Assembly (NCBI RefSeq): GCF_006345805.1
Contig: NC_043014.1
Span: 3,720,001-3,784,000, forward strand
Source of the DNA: Octopus sinensis
Lineage: Eukaryota
Direction of reading: 5' to 3'
Length of the DNA: 64,000 nucleotides
In this document: piece after piece, positions 1-13,056 of the stretch
How positions within the stretch are numbered: position 1 is the first letter of the stretch
Layout of the letters: every line of letters begins with the position of its first letter
Translations under genes and position numbers: made by a program
Notes under the pieces: model-generated
What the model saw: the letters and a program-made list of their open reading frames with translations, nothing else
Told to the model about the DNA's origin: nothing
The model's database searches: none

Positions 1-190
1 CTGGCTAAGCGAGCAGGCCAACAGAAGAAAGGGAGAAAGTTGCAGCGAAAGAGTACAGCAGAAAACACCAAAAACCCCTCCCTGAGCCCCGTGGATCTTT
101 AAACACACACAACGCCCAGTCTGGGAATCGAAACCGAGATCCGACAACCGTGAGTCCGCTGCCCAAACCACTGAGCCACGGCGCCTCCAC
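1..190 (-). mobile_element. tRNA-derived SINE (octopus OK family-like), cut by window edge
   Basis: Minus strand reads GTGGAGGCGCCGTGGCTCAGTGG (A box) and GGTTTCGATTCCCAGAC (B box); five copies in the window. Confidence 0.85.
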
Positions 191-196
191 ACAGTC

Positions 197-339
<143 letters not shown>

Positions 340-549
340 ATTATGTGAAATAGAAAGATGAATAATCTTGTAGCAGATTAATCAAAAGTTTAACCGATAC
401 CTTGGTAGCAAGAATCACAGCAGAAGACAGCACGGTTGGAGGTACAACCATATGGTGTTGCAACTGTGCGTTGGTGCGGATAATTGAAATTAAAATATTA
501 TTGGTGATTGAAGAAATGGAGCTGAACGAAGATTGAACAGAAATCGTTT

Positions 550-640
550 TATTTCATTCTACACGTGTTCGAAGGCACAATTTACCAAAATCCGATTGAA
601 TAATGAGACCATATTGTGTCTTTCTCATCAGGAAGAAATA
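550..640 (-). ncRNA. Mirror copy of the hammerhead, core damaged (GAAAC to GAAC)
   Basis: Reverse complement of 808-900, but missing one A of GAAA and one T of stem II. Confidence 0.65.
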
Positions 641-807
641 GGAAATCCGTTGGAAAAAACCAAAACAGAACAGAGGCGGAGCAAAACAAATCGAACTAGG
701 CTCCTAAGAGCCCATAGCAGAACAGTTTTGCCATGTGCTCTTAGGAGCCTAGTTCGATTTGTTTTGCTCCGCCTCTGTTCTGTTTTGGTTTTTTCCAACG
801 GATTTCC

Positions 808-900
808 TATTTCTTCCTGATGAGAAAGACACAATATGGTCTCGTTATTCAATCGGATTTTGGTAAATTGTGCCTTTCGAAACACGTGTAGAATGAAATA
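808..900 (+). ncRNA. Type I hammerhead ribozyme, intact core
   Basis: Stem I TATTTC-TTC/GAA-T-GAAATA; CTGATGA at 817-823; stem II GAAAGACACAAT/ATTGTGCCTTTC; GAAA at 879-882; palindromic stem III ACACGTGT; GTA triplet at 888-890. Confidence 0.85.
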
Positions 901-1706
901 AAACGATTTCTGTTCAATCTTCGTTCAGCTCCATTTCTTCAATTCACCAATAATATTTAAATACATATCAATATATAGGTATACACGTACACATAAGCAT
1001 ACACACCATAAATATCACAAATATACGTATCTACTTATACGCATAGACACACACAGACGCACACATATATGTGAGTGGACGTACACTGTATAGTGTGGTT
1101 GTTCGTGTACAATTGAGCACGTGTGTCTGTGTGCGTGCGTATGTGTGTGTGTTTGTGTTTATTTGTGCGTGTGTTTGTCCGTGTGTCTGTGTGTATGTAT
1201 TTACATTCGTTCTTACATATTGTCATATCTAAAAACCAACGTGAATTACAGTCAAACATTACGAAATTCACCGATCTACATTGGCACTCGCACGTTTTAT
1301 TTTCAGTTGGAAAGAAAAGATTAAAAAAAACTCGCCTCACTTCCGTTCCTGATGGAGAGAAATAGATAAATGTGTGTAAATATGTACGTATTCCTATGTG
1401 TGCGTGTGTGTGTGTTTGTATGTGTCTGTTTCTGTGCGTGTGTGTAAGTGTACATCTAGATATAATACTTAACACTAATATTAATAGGGCTAAACGTTGC
1501 AGCGACAGGGCATGGCCATGCTAGAACCCCACCATTAGATTTTTTTCATTACGCACTTATTTCTCTCTCCAGGATTATGTCTGGTGAAAGAGCGATCGGA
1601 CAGGAGTACGATTCCACCCTTCTTTGTGTTTACTTGGGATGTGTGTTTATGTATATATATATATAGATATATATATATATATATCCATACACACACACAC
1701 AGACAC

Positions 1707-1753
<47 letters not shown>

Positions 1754-1909
1754 TAGAGATAGATATGTAGATAAATAGATAGATAGATAGAACGATATAT
1801 AAATAGATAGATAGATATGTAGATAAATAGATTGATAGATAGATATGTATGTACATACATACGTAACTATATATGTGTGTATGTATATATGATATGTATA
1901 TATAATATA

Positions 1910-1942
<33 letters not shown>

Positions 1943-1943
1943 A

Positions 1944-1981
<38 letters not shown>

Positions 1982-2049
1982 ATTTATGTGTGTGTGTGTG
2001 TATAGCACACATAGCGTGTATGTATCTATGTTTTATGTATGTGTCTGTT

Positions 2050-2240
2050 ATTGTCGCACCGCTATCGATTCTCAACTGATGTCGGTGTGTTTACGTCCAC
2101 GTTAGATAGCGGTTCGTCTAGAGATACCGATAGAATAAGCAATAGGCTTACAAAGAATAATTCCTGAAGTCGATTTCTCCTACTGAACGCAGTATTCTAG
2201 CATGGCCGCAGTCAAATGACTGAAACGGGTAAAAGAATAT
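2050..2240 (+). mobile_element. OR-type octopus SINE, 3' part
   Basis: tgtttacgtcc...gatagaataag...gcatggccgcagtcaaatgactgaaac tail; repeated near 15680, 30880 and 47740. Confidence 0.65.
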
Positions 2241-2278
2241 ATTTATATACAAACAAACACGCACGCACGCACACACAC

Positions 2279-2332
<54 letters not shown>

Positions 2333-2747
2333 ACATATATATATATGGATAAATGGAGAGAGAGAGAGAGAGATAGACAGATTGATACAGTGATAGATAC
2401 ACACACGCATATATTTGTTTGTATATATATATCTATATATGTTCAGGCACTAATATATTCATATATATGTATATTATATATACAAATATACGTATATGTA
2501 TATATATGTATGTTTAGGTGTGTGCGCCTGTGTGTTCGTGTGTGATTACGTGTGTGATCTTATGTGTGTGTGTGTGCTTCATAGGAACATATGTACGTGA
2601 TTCATGCATACATCCTTACATCCATCCATCCATCCGTACGTACATACATCCACATATTAATACATACATACGTAAATGCATACATACATACATGCATATA
2701 TAAATACATAAAGACATAATTATATTAACACAAAATCCATGACTTAC

Positions 2748-2891
2748 CGTTTGCGATTTCTCTTCCATTTTTCCTATTCTTGAATCTTGATGAAGAATCA
2801 CGATCGTCAGAACGAGAAGAACCCCAAAAGCTATGAGAGAAGAAATGGAATAACGCTGCGAAATATTCCTGGACAGTTGTGCGAAATCCAT
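2748..2891 (-). CDS. Exon 1 of a short-chain collagen C4-like gene (copy 0; remaining exons presumably left of window)
   Basis: ATG ORF MDFAQLSRNISQRYSISSLIAFGVLLVLTIVILHQDSRIGKMEEKSQT with a hydrophobic stretch, ending at a phase-0 GTAAGT donor that fits the 52-nt exon 2 of other copies. Confidence 0.7.
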
Positions 2892-2975
2892 TCTGGTGAC
2901 AGTTGTCGGCCGTACGTGATACTTCGTGTGGCTTCAACAAAAGATCGAGATGCGAGGTTTAAGCTGAAGACCTGT

Positions 2976-3080
2976 AACTGAATTCCACGTATTTATTGAG
3001 CGCACGACAACCCAGCTCTGGCAGAGATCTTATCGTATATTTATGAACCAATGCGATTGGCGGAACTGTAAAAGTGGGCG
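2976..3080 (-). promoter_or_regulatory. Putative core promoter upstream of exon 1
   Basis: Inr-like TCAGTT (2976-2981), inverted CCAAT pair ccaatgcgattgg (3048-3060), GC-box-like gtgggcgtg; present upstream of each exon 1. Motif inference only. Confidence 0.3.
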
Positions 3081-3302
3081 TGAACTTGTCTGACAGGTTT
3101 AATTATTGGAAAGAGATGGTTTGATATTGTCACACAATAATTAGCAAAATATTTTGATGAATGAGAGACATGTGTAAAGTGAAATGATTCCTGTTTCTGG
3201 ATATATTATGATATATTTATTTACTAATGTTGTTATTTAATTTTATTTGTAATTATTGGGAAAATGCTTTAATATTCAGTGTGGGAAGTATTTCGTTCAA
3301 CC

Positions 3303-3720
3303 AACAAATACACAGACACAAAGACACACACACACATTCACACAAACTGACACACACACACACAAGCACACACTGACACAAACACCAACACACACACCCA
3401 CACACACTGACACACAGACATACACACGCACACACTGACATACACACACACCAACACCCACACCCACACACACCAACACACACTGACACACACACTGACA
3501 CAGACACACAGATACATTTTCTTACACACACACACACACACACACACTCACGCACACACATACACATTGACACACAAACACACTGACACACACACACACA
3601 CTGACACACACACACACACACGCTGACAGATACATGCACACACACTGACACACACACATACACTGACACACACACACACACACTGACACACACACACACT
3701 CCCACGCGCACACTTACACT

Positions 3721-3771
<51 letters not shown>

Positions 3772-3775
3772 ACTG
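3303..3775. repeat. (CA)n/CTGA(CA)n microsatellite
   Basis: Directly visible; flanked by a roughly 35 bp direct repeat. Confidence 0.9.
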
Positions 3776-3920
3776 TTTTAATATTCAGTGTGGGAAGTAT
3801 TTCGTTCAACCCACACAGTAATCGCAAGACTTAATCTAATGAAGTCCGCTGATCGGATTGGATTCTTCACAACAAGCGTTAATCGGATTAGAAAAGTTTT
3901 ATGTAAATATCAAAATCAAA

Positions 3921-4207
3921 ACCTTCCAATTCCCACCCACTCATACATACATATATACATACATACATATATACATACATACACACTTACATACACACAT
4001 ATATACATACATGCATACATACACACACACACATATATACATAGATACATGCACGCATACATACAAGCATACATACAAACATACATACATACATACACAC
4101 ATACATACATACATACATGAATACATATATACATACATACGTACTTACATCCATACATACATGCATACATACTTACATCTATCCATCCATACATACATAC
4201 ATACATA
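3921..4207. repeat. (TACA)n microsatellite
   Basis: Directly visible; the homologous tract in unit 2 is about 1.2 kb (17340-18515). Confidence 0.9.
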
Positions 4208-4762
4208 CTTGGTGGCTGCCCCCCTCGTTATCGAGTATGGGCATTGCACGAAGCTTAATCAATGTTGTTATCTTGCAATGCCTGTGCATGAAAATTTTTT
4301 TTATAGTGAGAAAAGGCTGTGCACTGTGTCAATCCCAGTCACTAAGCAACAGCAGCCATAATCCGAAAAGAAGAACAAATCAACATCATCGGTAACCACT
4401 GAGCCGCAGGTTTTATATCGGAGTCATCCCAGTTACCTGAGTTACCTTCTCCTAGAAGGATGCCCTAACAAAGTCTAGGAGTCCTTCACTCCCAATGGTT
4501 TAACCGCGCGATCGTGTATTCAGTCCGGTTACTTCTATTTCTCCGCACATGATACAGCCTTAAGACATGTATTGGATGGCCGTTGACTCTCAAGAGTGCC
4601 TCCGCTCTTTGACGGGTTTTGTTTTTCATCCCGCAGGGTGTCCAATAAACTCCCTCCTCACCAAGCAAGCTTAGTGTGGTTGCCGATTTGGTCGCCGACG
4701 ACCCGAAAATGCAACAGGTTGTCCTGTGTTACATGTTACCAGTAGCACACGAAAGTGACCTG
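4208..4762 (-). mobile_element. Interspersed repeat fragment, probably RTE-type LINE 5' region
   Basis: Block between (TACA)n tracts, repeated at 18515-19068, 33405-33827 and 35621-36167; the ccttctcctag...ccctaacaaag(g/t)ctaggagtcc motif resembles RTE 5'UTRs from memory. Confidence 0.4.
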
Positions 4763-5336
4763 ACATACATACATGCTTACATACATACATACATGCAGAC
4801 ATACATACATACATGCATACATACATGCATACATGCATGCATACATACATAGATTCATGCATACATTATACATACATACATACATGCATACATACCTACA
4901 TACATACATACAGACAAACATGCTTACATACATACATTCATACATACATACATACATACATACATACATACATACATACATACATACATACACACATACA
5001 TACAAAAATATCCTGTTCATGTTCTTGAAATTCCAATGAAAGATACTTGGAACTAAGTTAGAAGCCGTCTCTCTTTCTGTTGGCCAGAAATATTCTATTA
5101 AAACCGAATAATGACATTCATACATATTTTTAGCTAGTCATTATCACTAGCTTTGAATATGTTTCTTCTTGTTTTATAAATCATAGCAAAACATACAGGT
5201 ACAGTGTCTCCCATTTGAAACTCAATTCGCAAGTGCACCTTCCGTATGGACTGCATTTGTACGACGGAATTCCATACTTATGATAACATATTCTTAGATG
5301 AAGCATATTAGGCCCCTCAGATATAGTTTGACCAAA

Positions 5337-5423
<87 letters not shown>

Positions 5424-6977
5424 TATATATATGTGTGTATCTATGTGTGTAAGGTGTGTGTGTGTGTGTGTGTGTGTGTAACACTCTCAGTTTGGCCCTC
5501 GAAATAAGGTTAATTTGAAATAAGCTACAAAATAAATCTTATAGCCATGTCAGATTTCAACAAAGTCCATTAATTCTTCCTATTGTAATGGCGGGTTGCA
5601 TATGCAGCTGCGCATGCTCTGTACAGCTTAAACACATGGCGGTCGTTTTAACTGTCTAATTATGCCGCTGAATCAAAAGAAAAATTTGAAGATCTTCCAG
5701 CGTCCGTATTCTCTGCAATTGTTTACGATTTACAACCAGGAAAATATTTGTATTCTAGAGAAACGAATGCAGATTTACCCATCAGACTAATAATAGTGGG
5801 ATAGTAAACATTAATAATCTTTAATCTTTATTGCAGCTTGATGCTGTTAACCGAAACCTTCGTTTATCTAACAAATATTCGACACACTCCAACATACTGT
5901 CATGAATCCTATTGGATATAACGTGACGGTCACAACATCTCAGCCTTCTTACACACAGCATCCGTGCTTGCCCTGACTATATTTGCTCTCTTTACTCTCA
6001 CTTTTATGGGTGTTGTATTCGTTTCGCATGAAATGTATTCAGCTTCTAGGATCCATCCTTTCTGCGAGTCTGGTATGTTTACGTAGATGAGTGAAAGAAA
6101 TCGTCGTATTTGATGATCTCTGCTGCTGAAATGAGGCAATTTCTCTGGTTGATTTCATTTCTTATTCATGTATATCAGTGTTTTGTGTATGATGTGTATG
6201 TTGTGTTCTTCGAGTTTCATTTTGTATCTTATCTTGAAGAGAGGTGGGAATTTTGTGATATAGATTTAGGTTGGCAGGACCAATACTCATTTATACTGTC
6301 TTTTGAGGGATTGATCGTGTAAATTCCACATTCTCAGAAAGCTTAATTTGAACATTTTGTGATATTTCTAAAGTAGACGATAAATAGGTTTTATAGGATA
6401 TTGGGTAGGAATGGAACGGAAAGCTTTCCTGATTAATAACGGCAAATAGAATGGATTGTGTGGAAGTATCTGGTTGTTGTTGAAAGAATCAGTTAAGTTC
6501 TGTGCTAAGTAATGTAGCGGTTCATGGCTCCTTATCAGAATCCGAGTTGTAATTTGAAAACCAAGATGTCTGAGATAGTAGCGTCGAGTATTAGATTTTC
6601 TAAGGCTGTGCATGAAAAGCTGATATAATTCTATGGTGGTACTTTATTTGGGGTTTGTTGAATCATGAGACAGAAGACAAAATACTGTTAAACAAAATAA
6701 TATTTTATTTCAACGATAAGTTTGATAAACTGAAATCTTACAAAATGTTTTCTAAAATCATTTCGACAGATTTAGATTTTTCTTGATTTTGAGGATATTT
6801 CTGGCATTCTACGTCGCCTCTTTTGTATTGTTTGAATATCTTCTCTAAACTAGTATAACAGTTTATTGTAACGATAGACATACTTTAAAGAAAATATTAG
6901 GTAAAACAATTAAAATTTTATGTTATTTATTGAAATTCACAGACATATTTTCATATGGAACCGAATTTAATTTCTAT

Positions 6978-7477
6978 TCAATATTTACTGCACACAACGC
7001 AGGTTAATTCTTGACCATGGACATACGGTGGACATGGCAACGAACCACAAGCAGCCTCAACGAAATATAATAGAGCTCCATCTTCGTTTCTGTAACCCGC
7101 TGGATCAGCTTCTGGTGCATAATCCACACACACATATTCATATCTGCCTTTATGATTATAATGCTCGGTCATCAAATATCCCGAATACTCAGCTGTCCAA
7201 CCAGCGTAACACTGTGTCCTGGCTGGTAACGTCATAACAACAGCAGGTTGTCGTGTCAAACACACAGCGCACGGAACGTTGTGATCATGAAGTGACTTAG
7301 CGTTAGCAAAAGAAAAGAGTTTATTAGTTGGGTATAACTCTACTTGATATTCACTGCCATAAATCCAACCTTCATCTTCAACTTCTGTAGTATAATTGGC
7401 CCAAATGGGATCGTTGGGTAGACATAAGAGATTACTTCCGCCACCAGTATGGGAAAAATGTTGTCCACCAACGACAC
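6978..7477 (-). CDS. Exon 4 (last), short-chain collagen C4-like domain, gene copy 1
   Basis: Acceptor ttatag|GT; GGGSNLLCLP...IYGSEY...HDHNVPCAVC...C..GW..EY.GYLM...YVCVD..PE...LYFVEA.CGSLPCPPY....ELTCVVCSK then stop, the family signature. Confidence 0.9.
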
Positions 7478-7731
7478 CTATAATTGGTAAGAATAAATCA
7501 AGTAAACAGATATTAAGCAAAATTATATATGAAATAACGGAAACATTCATTCCAGTTTGACCCTTAAAAGAAGTCATGTTTAGTCACGTGTGAACGAATT
7601 GTGGTGTATATATGTTAGTGCTTATGTAAGTGTAAGCTGTGTGTTGCTGTATGGGAGTGCGCATGTGTTCGCAGCTCTGCCTTTCTCTCTCTGTTCATGT
7701 ATATATGTATATATATATACATATATATATA

Positions 7732-7950
7732 GTTAATCCAAGCATAAAAACACAAAGAGAAAACACAACATTGCGAGGACTTGGAACAAGTATAGGGTTA
7801 TTGGACGCCCATGAAGGAAGGAAAGAATGAGGGTTTATCTTTCCGAGCGGAGCTCTTCGTCAGAATAATAGGAAAAGGATGGATCCAAAGAAGGGAAAAC
7901 GGAGGGAAAAAAATCGCCAACGGTACTCAGGCGGTCACATTTTAAATGAA
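7732..7950 (-). mobile_element. Penelope LTR-like repeat with degenerate minimal hammerhead
   Basis: Minus strand CTGACGA-A-GAGC-TCC-GCTC-GGAAAGAT at about 7836-7863; related copies near 13057, 27975 and 45157. Confidence 0.5.
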
Positions 7951-7954
7951 TATG

Positions 7955-8010
<56 letters not shown>

Positions 8011-9406
8011 TGTGTGTTTACGGGTCAGTATTTGTGGTTGTGATGTGTATTGCATGGGATAGATGTTCGTGTGTGGATGTCAATAAACGGAGAAAGGAAA
8101 GGGATTTTGTGACGCATGTGGTCGTGATTTCCCGACATGGAAAAGATGTCGTTCACGTTTGAACGAGAAAATTGTTGGTGATGGGAATTGCATGTGGTTT
8201 GAGTAGAACAATACGAGAGACGGCGAGATGCAGAGAACTGGTGGGTAAGAGGGGATGAAATACTGTTTAGCCGACCATACGGGTGTGGCTGGCTATATCC
8301 ATCGGTTTGTCTCGGACGAGTCAGGCCTACCACGAGACGGGCCTACCACATACTATAATATTATGATCACAGAGATTTTATTTCATGCAAAGCATGAACT
8401 GAGGTGGGGTGAATTTTGAAGCTCATTGATGGCGTAGTGCTTAAGAAGAATGGACAGCAGAGTGGGCGACCGATAAAGGATATGTGTAGGGTTTATAGGG
8501 AGCAGATTCACAAAGGATGCCAGATTGGTTGGAGAAGATGTAGGAAGCAGTAGCTTTGAATTGGAAGTTCCGGCGTTTCCTTACAAAGATATACTGGATA
8601 ATTAATGAGGGGAGGTAACGCATGGAAACAAAAAGGTTTGAGGAATAGGACGATATCGGTAAGGCGAGAAGAATAGAAGTGCAATATGTACTCACTTGGG
8701 TTCTCTCAGTGGTACTTGGTCCCTCAATATTTTGCATAATACATACGGCCCTTAGTTAGCTTTGTCCATTAGTTACAGTGTGTGGTTTGTCCAGTCCACA
8801 TTGTACATTCTGCGTTCATTTCATTAACCATATACATTCATTCATCAGTTCTAAGAGACCTTGTTCAATTTAATTTATAACGACAATCAATAGACACTCT
8901 AGGTAATGATAGTCAAGTGGCCACTTTTCAGCTCTGGTCACTCACGTACAATACCACCAGCCGTACCCAGTACACTTGATCACCAGTTAGCAGCCTCGGT
9001 ATTTGATATCTACACTCCATACAAGTCAGCCAGGAGATCTTGTTCGCTATACTGGATTCCAGTCTAGTCCCTATCTATAATTTAACGTAGAGATATCTAT
9101 ATTCTGTGGTCAGACAACATCCTTTTCACCTGGTCCATAGTAGACAACATTTAAATTCTAATTTGACCAAATACTTACAAAGGAGTGAGCAGTCTTGTGC
9201 AGTCTCTATAGGGTCTATAGGTATCGTTACAAACGTGATATATCACATGATTTGCTTGAGTGTGCGTGCGTGCGTTTGCGTTCGTGCGCGTGCGTGAGAG
9301 AAACGGAAAGAGAGGGGGCGACACAAAGAGAAAATGAGAGGAATAAAAAGAGAAGAAGAGAAAGATAAAGAGAGAAAGAGAGGACAGAAATACAGAGTAT
9401 ACTAAC

Positions 9407-9481
9407 CGTCATATACAAGGTTTGAATAAGGAGGACAAGTAGTTCTGCCCCACCGAGTATACAATGATCCGGGACCGGGTT
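9407..9481 (-). CDS. Exon 3, gene copy 1
   Basis: tttcacag|75 nt|gttagt; encodes (K)PGPGSLYTRWGRTTCPPYSNLVYD(G), the YxRWGRTTCP start of the domain; phase 1/1. Confidence 0.9.
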
Positions 9482-9935
9482 CTGTGAAATTAAAATGAAA
9501 CAATTTAGTTTAAAAGAAAGAATTCTTGAATCCTATAGAAAGGAAGTTGTTGGCTTGGAAGGAATTGATAGAGAGGAGAGAAATTTAGAAGTTAAGAGAA
9601 AAAGAATGAGTGAATGAATCAAAATCAGAATGAAAGAAGTAAATGATTCGCTAAGAATAAATTTTAAACGAAGAAAATTAGTCATTTGTCTATTGAGCCT
9701 GTTGTTGACGTTGATGTCAACGAATTGAGAGATTAATCTCAGAATATCAGAATGTGTATTTGTTTCCCTTAAGAACGGATGTTTGTTTTGTAGTTGAACT
9801 TGGATGTGAGTATATATATATATTTGTGACCGTAATAATGATAAAGTTCTTCTTTTATAGATATGTTGGCCATATTATCAATACTTGGCACCTGATTGGT
9901 CAATTACAAATATCAGCTTGGTGTTTGGGCGCGAA

Positions 9936-10623
9936 GAGAGTTCGTTTCCTGACAGAAGACTAGTATGGCCACCCCATTAAGGTTTTTGACGCCATTCCAC
10001 TCAATCAATACTTCTTGCGGTTATCAGCGCAAAAGTGTGCACGGAAGTCTCCTTGTAAGACAAATGACTTTACCCCAAATATATCCAAAGCTGCAGTGAC
10101 TTTGTTAAGGAAGCATTTGTATTTGGCCTCGCTATTGGATGCATTTACTTCCAGCAGCTACACCACTCCTTCATTCTGCTTGAGCTTCAGGAGATATCCC
10201 TTAATACGTAGTGGGATTCACTCCATAATCCAATCCGAAAGCCAGGGATTGTGAGCATCCCACTTCCGCCTGTGCAGACATAGTTGGCACCACGCCTGCA
10301 CGGTGGAGCTTCCAACCTACTTCAAAGTGTGCGCCTCCAAAGTAACGAAGCTTTCTTGAGGAGACATCGATTATATATAACAGGCAGCGTTTTGTATCGT
10401 CCGGTTTTGACAGTCTAATTCTCAATTATGAACGGTTGATCCCTTCGGTACCTGCTTCGGGGTTTGGAAGACGCATATTTTGTATTCCATCCCAATGCAT
10501 CTCAGATTGAGTTGGGTGGAGACTGCAATATATTTCCCGAATCGTCTCCTCCAATCAAGATCCGGGGGCAACTGCTTTTATCCCACTCGATGGATGACGC
10601 GGTATGGCTATTCCTTCGAGCCC
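9936..10623 (-). mobile_element. Inverted fragment of decayed RTE-clade LINE (type A)
   Basis: Reverse complement of about 54025-54700. Confidence 0.75.
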
Positions 10624-10629
10624 TTAGCG

Positions 10630-12118
10630 TACTGTATGTATATGCAGCAAAATGCGAATTCAAATACAAATCCTTCCTAAGCAAATTCACCTCAGCTTTA
10701 GATATATTTGGGGTAAAGTCATTTGTCCTGCAAGGAGACTTCAGTGCACACCTTGGCACTGATAACCGTGAGAAGGATTGATTGGAAGGAATGTCGTCAG
10801 TGAACTTAATGGAGAGGTCTTAGCAGGCTTCTGTGCAGGATACACACTCTCCTCTCTATGGTATAGATATTATTTTAAGACAGGGATATTTATAAGGGTG
10901 CCTGGTATAGAAATACTTGGTGACAGTGGTTTTTGATAGAGTTTGGTGATCTTTCACTCTTTGGTGAACGTTCGGGTAAAAGGAAGGGGTGAATTTGTCA
11001 ACTCGTCACTACCTAAATGTCTAAAAACCTGAAAACTCCTACAGTCTGTCGAACAGTGAAAATTGGTAAGTCCAGTTGGAAGCCGCAGTGGATGATGGGA
11101 TCAGAAACGAAAATGTGGAGACTTTTGAATCCAAATTGAGAGTGACCCGCCTGTATGAAGTTGGACCTCGAAATGGGTTCGTGATTGTATTATTTTATCC
11201 GGCAGGTTCTTCTTCGGTTGAACGCTTATTTGAGGTAAATTCACTTAAAAGTGGTAAAGCTGCTGGTGAAATGTCCGTCCGGCTTGATATTTTAGAAACC
11301 TTAAATACAGATGGTATTCTCTGAGTGACCCATGTAAGCTAGGTAGATGGGACCTCTGGAAAAATAGCAAGGCAATGGTAATATGGGGTGACAATCACAA
11401 TTTTTTCAAACAGAGACCAAAGTGTGTGTTCTAATTATAGAAGAGTCTACACTAGATGTCAAGAAAAGATATGTAAGGAAATTGTCGTGCCCAACGTTAC
11501 TGTCCGGGACGCAGTACACCCGACCAGAGAGTGATTCAAAGACAGATCTTCAAGCAAACATTGAAATATTTCCAAGTTTTATACGCTGTAAACCAAGGAA
11601 AGGCACACAATCACGTGCCCTGGGGCATGTTGTGGATGGTTTACCAGGAAGATGTGTTTAATGTGCAAATACTGGTTGCCATAAAGTACATATATGGATG
11701 TTTAAATGATTGTATTTATGTAAAAGTCGAAAGTTTTCAACGTGTAGATTTCACTTCGTTGAAGTGTGCATTGTTAGTGCCCCTTCTCACATTCTTTTTT
11801 GTGATCTGGTTGAATATGCGCAGCCATTGTGGTAGAGGTATCCCAATTCATCTCTACGTGATCGGTCGACTGTTATTTGTAGACGACATGCTGCTACCTA
11901 ATTCGTCTGATGGTCACGAACAACGTGCACTGAATGGGTTGGCTGCCGAGTACCCCAAGGCATGACTGACAAATACGCACTCTGTAGGAAAGTGGAACAT
12001 AATTATATCGGGTCTCTATTCACGAATGATTGGAAGCACAAGAGTGGACAGAATGCTGAATTGTAGATATAAACGCAGTGAAGCGCCAGCTCGGGCATTT
12101 GATTCCCAGATGAAGAGG
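10630..12118 (+). mobile_element. Decayed RTE-clade LINE (APE endonuclease and RT remnants, type B)
   Basis: YVYAAK...SFVLQGDFSAHLGTD matches APE GDFNAHVG; KAHNHVPW...LLFVDDMLL matches RT KAYD and FADD motifs; many stops. Confidence 0.85.
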
Positions 12119-12378
12119 TCTTGGTACAATTCTCGACGTAGCACTGCATATATACTCATATACACACAATACACGGCATAGTATATTAGAGTAACATTTT
12201 ATTTAGGAAATTATTGTAAAGTAGAACATATATTGAAATAAATTCAGGCAAATGTCTTAGTATATATTTTTGTGGACATATGGATAGTAATGAGGAACTA
12301 ATTCAAAGTTGGTGTAATTATAAACCATTCATTAAGGAGACACGGGTAAAAGACTTTAGCCATAAAATTAGTTCTTAC

Positions 12379-12430
12379 TTGGTGTGTCATCAGGTTTATC
12401 GTCGAGAGATTTCTTGGAGATGAAACGGTT
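12379..12430 (-). CDS. Exon 2, gene copy 1
   Basis: ttttttaacag|52 nt NRFISKKSLDDKPDDTP+A|gtaaga; phase 0 to 1, bridging exon 1 and exon 3 exactly. Confidence 0.8.
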
Positions 12431-12526
12431 CTGTTAAAAAATAGAAATAGCATCATACAAATTGTACTTCAGGGTATTTATACTCGTTTAGAACTTCAAC
12501 CAATGCAATAGATGACAACATATTCG

Positions 12527-12800
12527 GACAGGTATCATTGCCAACACTACCATCTCAACCCCTAAGGAATCTTCTAGAAGGCGCTTCCATCCAGTCAAAG
12601 GATTTTCTGAACAATATCAGACAATACAACTCTGCATTTCAAATGACGTCGTTTGGTGAATCTAAGAAGATAGATAAACATGAATTTACCCCGACGTCAA
12701 AGTTCAAGGGCAAGTCTATCCCATCATTGGTTCCCTGGTACTCGCGAATGAACAACCACAGTTCCTCAAATTTACTCTATGAGTGATGTAGGACAAGAAA
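12527..12800 (+). mobile_element. Helitron Rep/helicase N-terminal remnant
   Basis: GQVSLP...PLRNLLEG...FLNNIRQYNSAFQMTSFG then KVQGQVY after a frameshift, a typical Helitron motif. Confidence 0.8.
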
Positions 12801-12996
12801 CCCGACGTGAGGTGTCAAAATTTCCGATGATGGGTCGTGTTAGACACAGCGCACACTGCTGCAAGAGAGTATATCCGCAGCAATGCCGGGTATGTCTGCT
12901 AGTACACACACACACATACACACACACACACACACATATGTATATACACATAGATATTTCTACACATATACATATATATATATATATTATATATAT

Positions 12997-13045
<49 letters not shown>

Positions 13046-13056
13046 TGTATATATAT

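Larger units (their letters stand above)
492..959. mobile_element. About 470 bp near-perfect palindrome; inverted Penelope pseudo-LTR-like insertion
   Basis: 492-723 is the reverse complement of 725-959 with a 1-nt centre at 724. Absent from other units and contains hammerhead motifs. Confidence 0.75.

Noticed and set aside
110-190. tRNA gene
   Set aside because: It is the tRNA-like head of a SINE, followed by the SINE body and repeated five times.
7478-7577. N-terminal extension of ORF 6978-7577 resembling a signal peptide
   Set aside because: It lies upstream of the AG acceptor, and copies 2-4 have an in-frame TAA stop there; the true domain start is in exon 3.
9680-9775. Possible extra exon ETNTHSDILRLISQFVDINVNNR
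   Set aside because: No conserved GT donor, and the exon phases already close without it.
10502-10759. Cys-containing minus-strand ORFs repeated in each unit (also 42842-43398 and 58353-59017)
   Set aside because: They are antisense readings of the decayed RTE LINE; the plus strand has APE and RT motifs.
12385-12395. CTGATGA on the minus strand as another hammerhead
   Set aside because: No matching GAAA or stems; it is coding sequence of exon 2.
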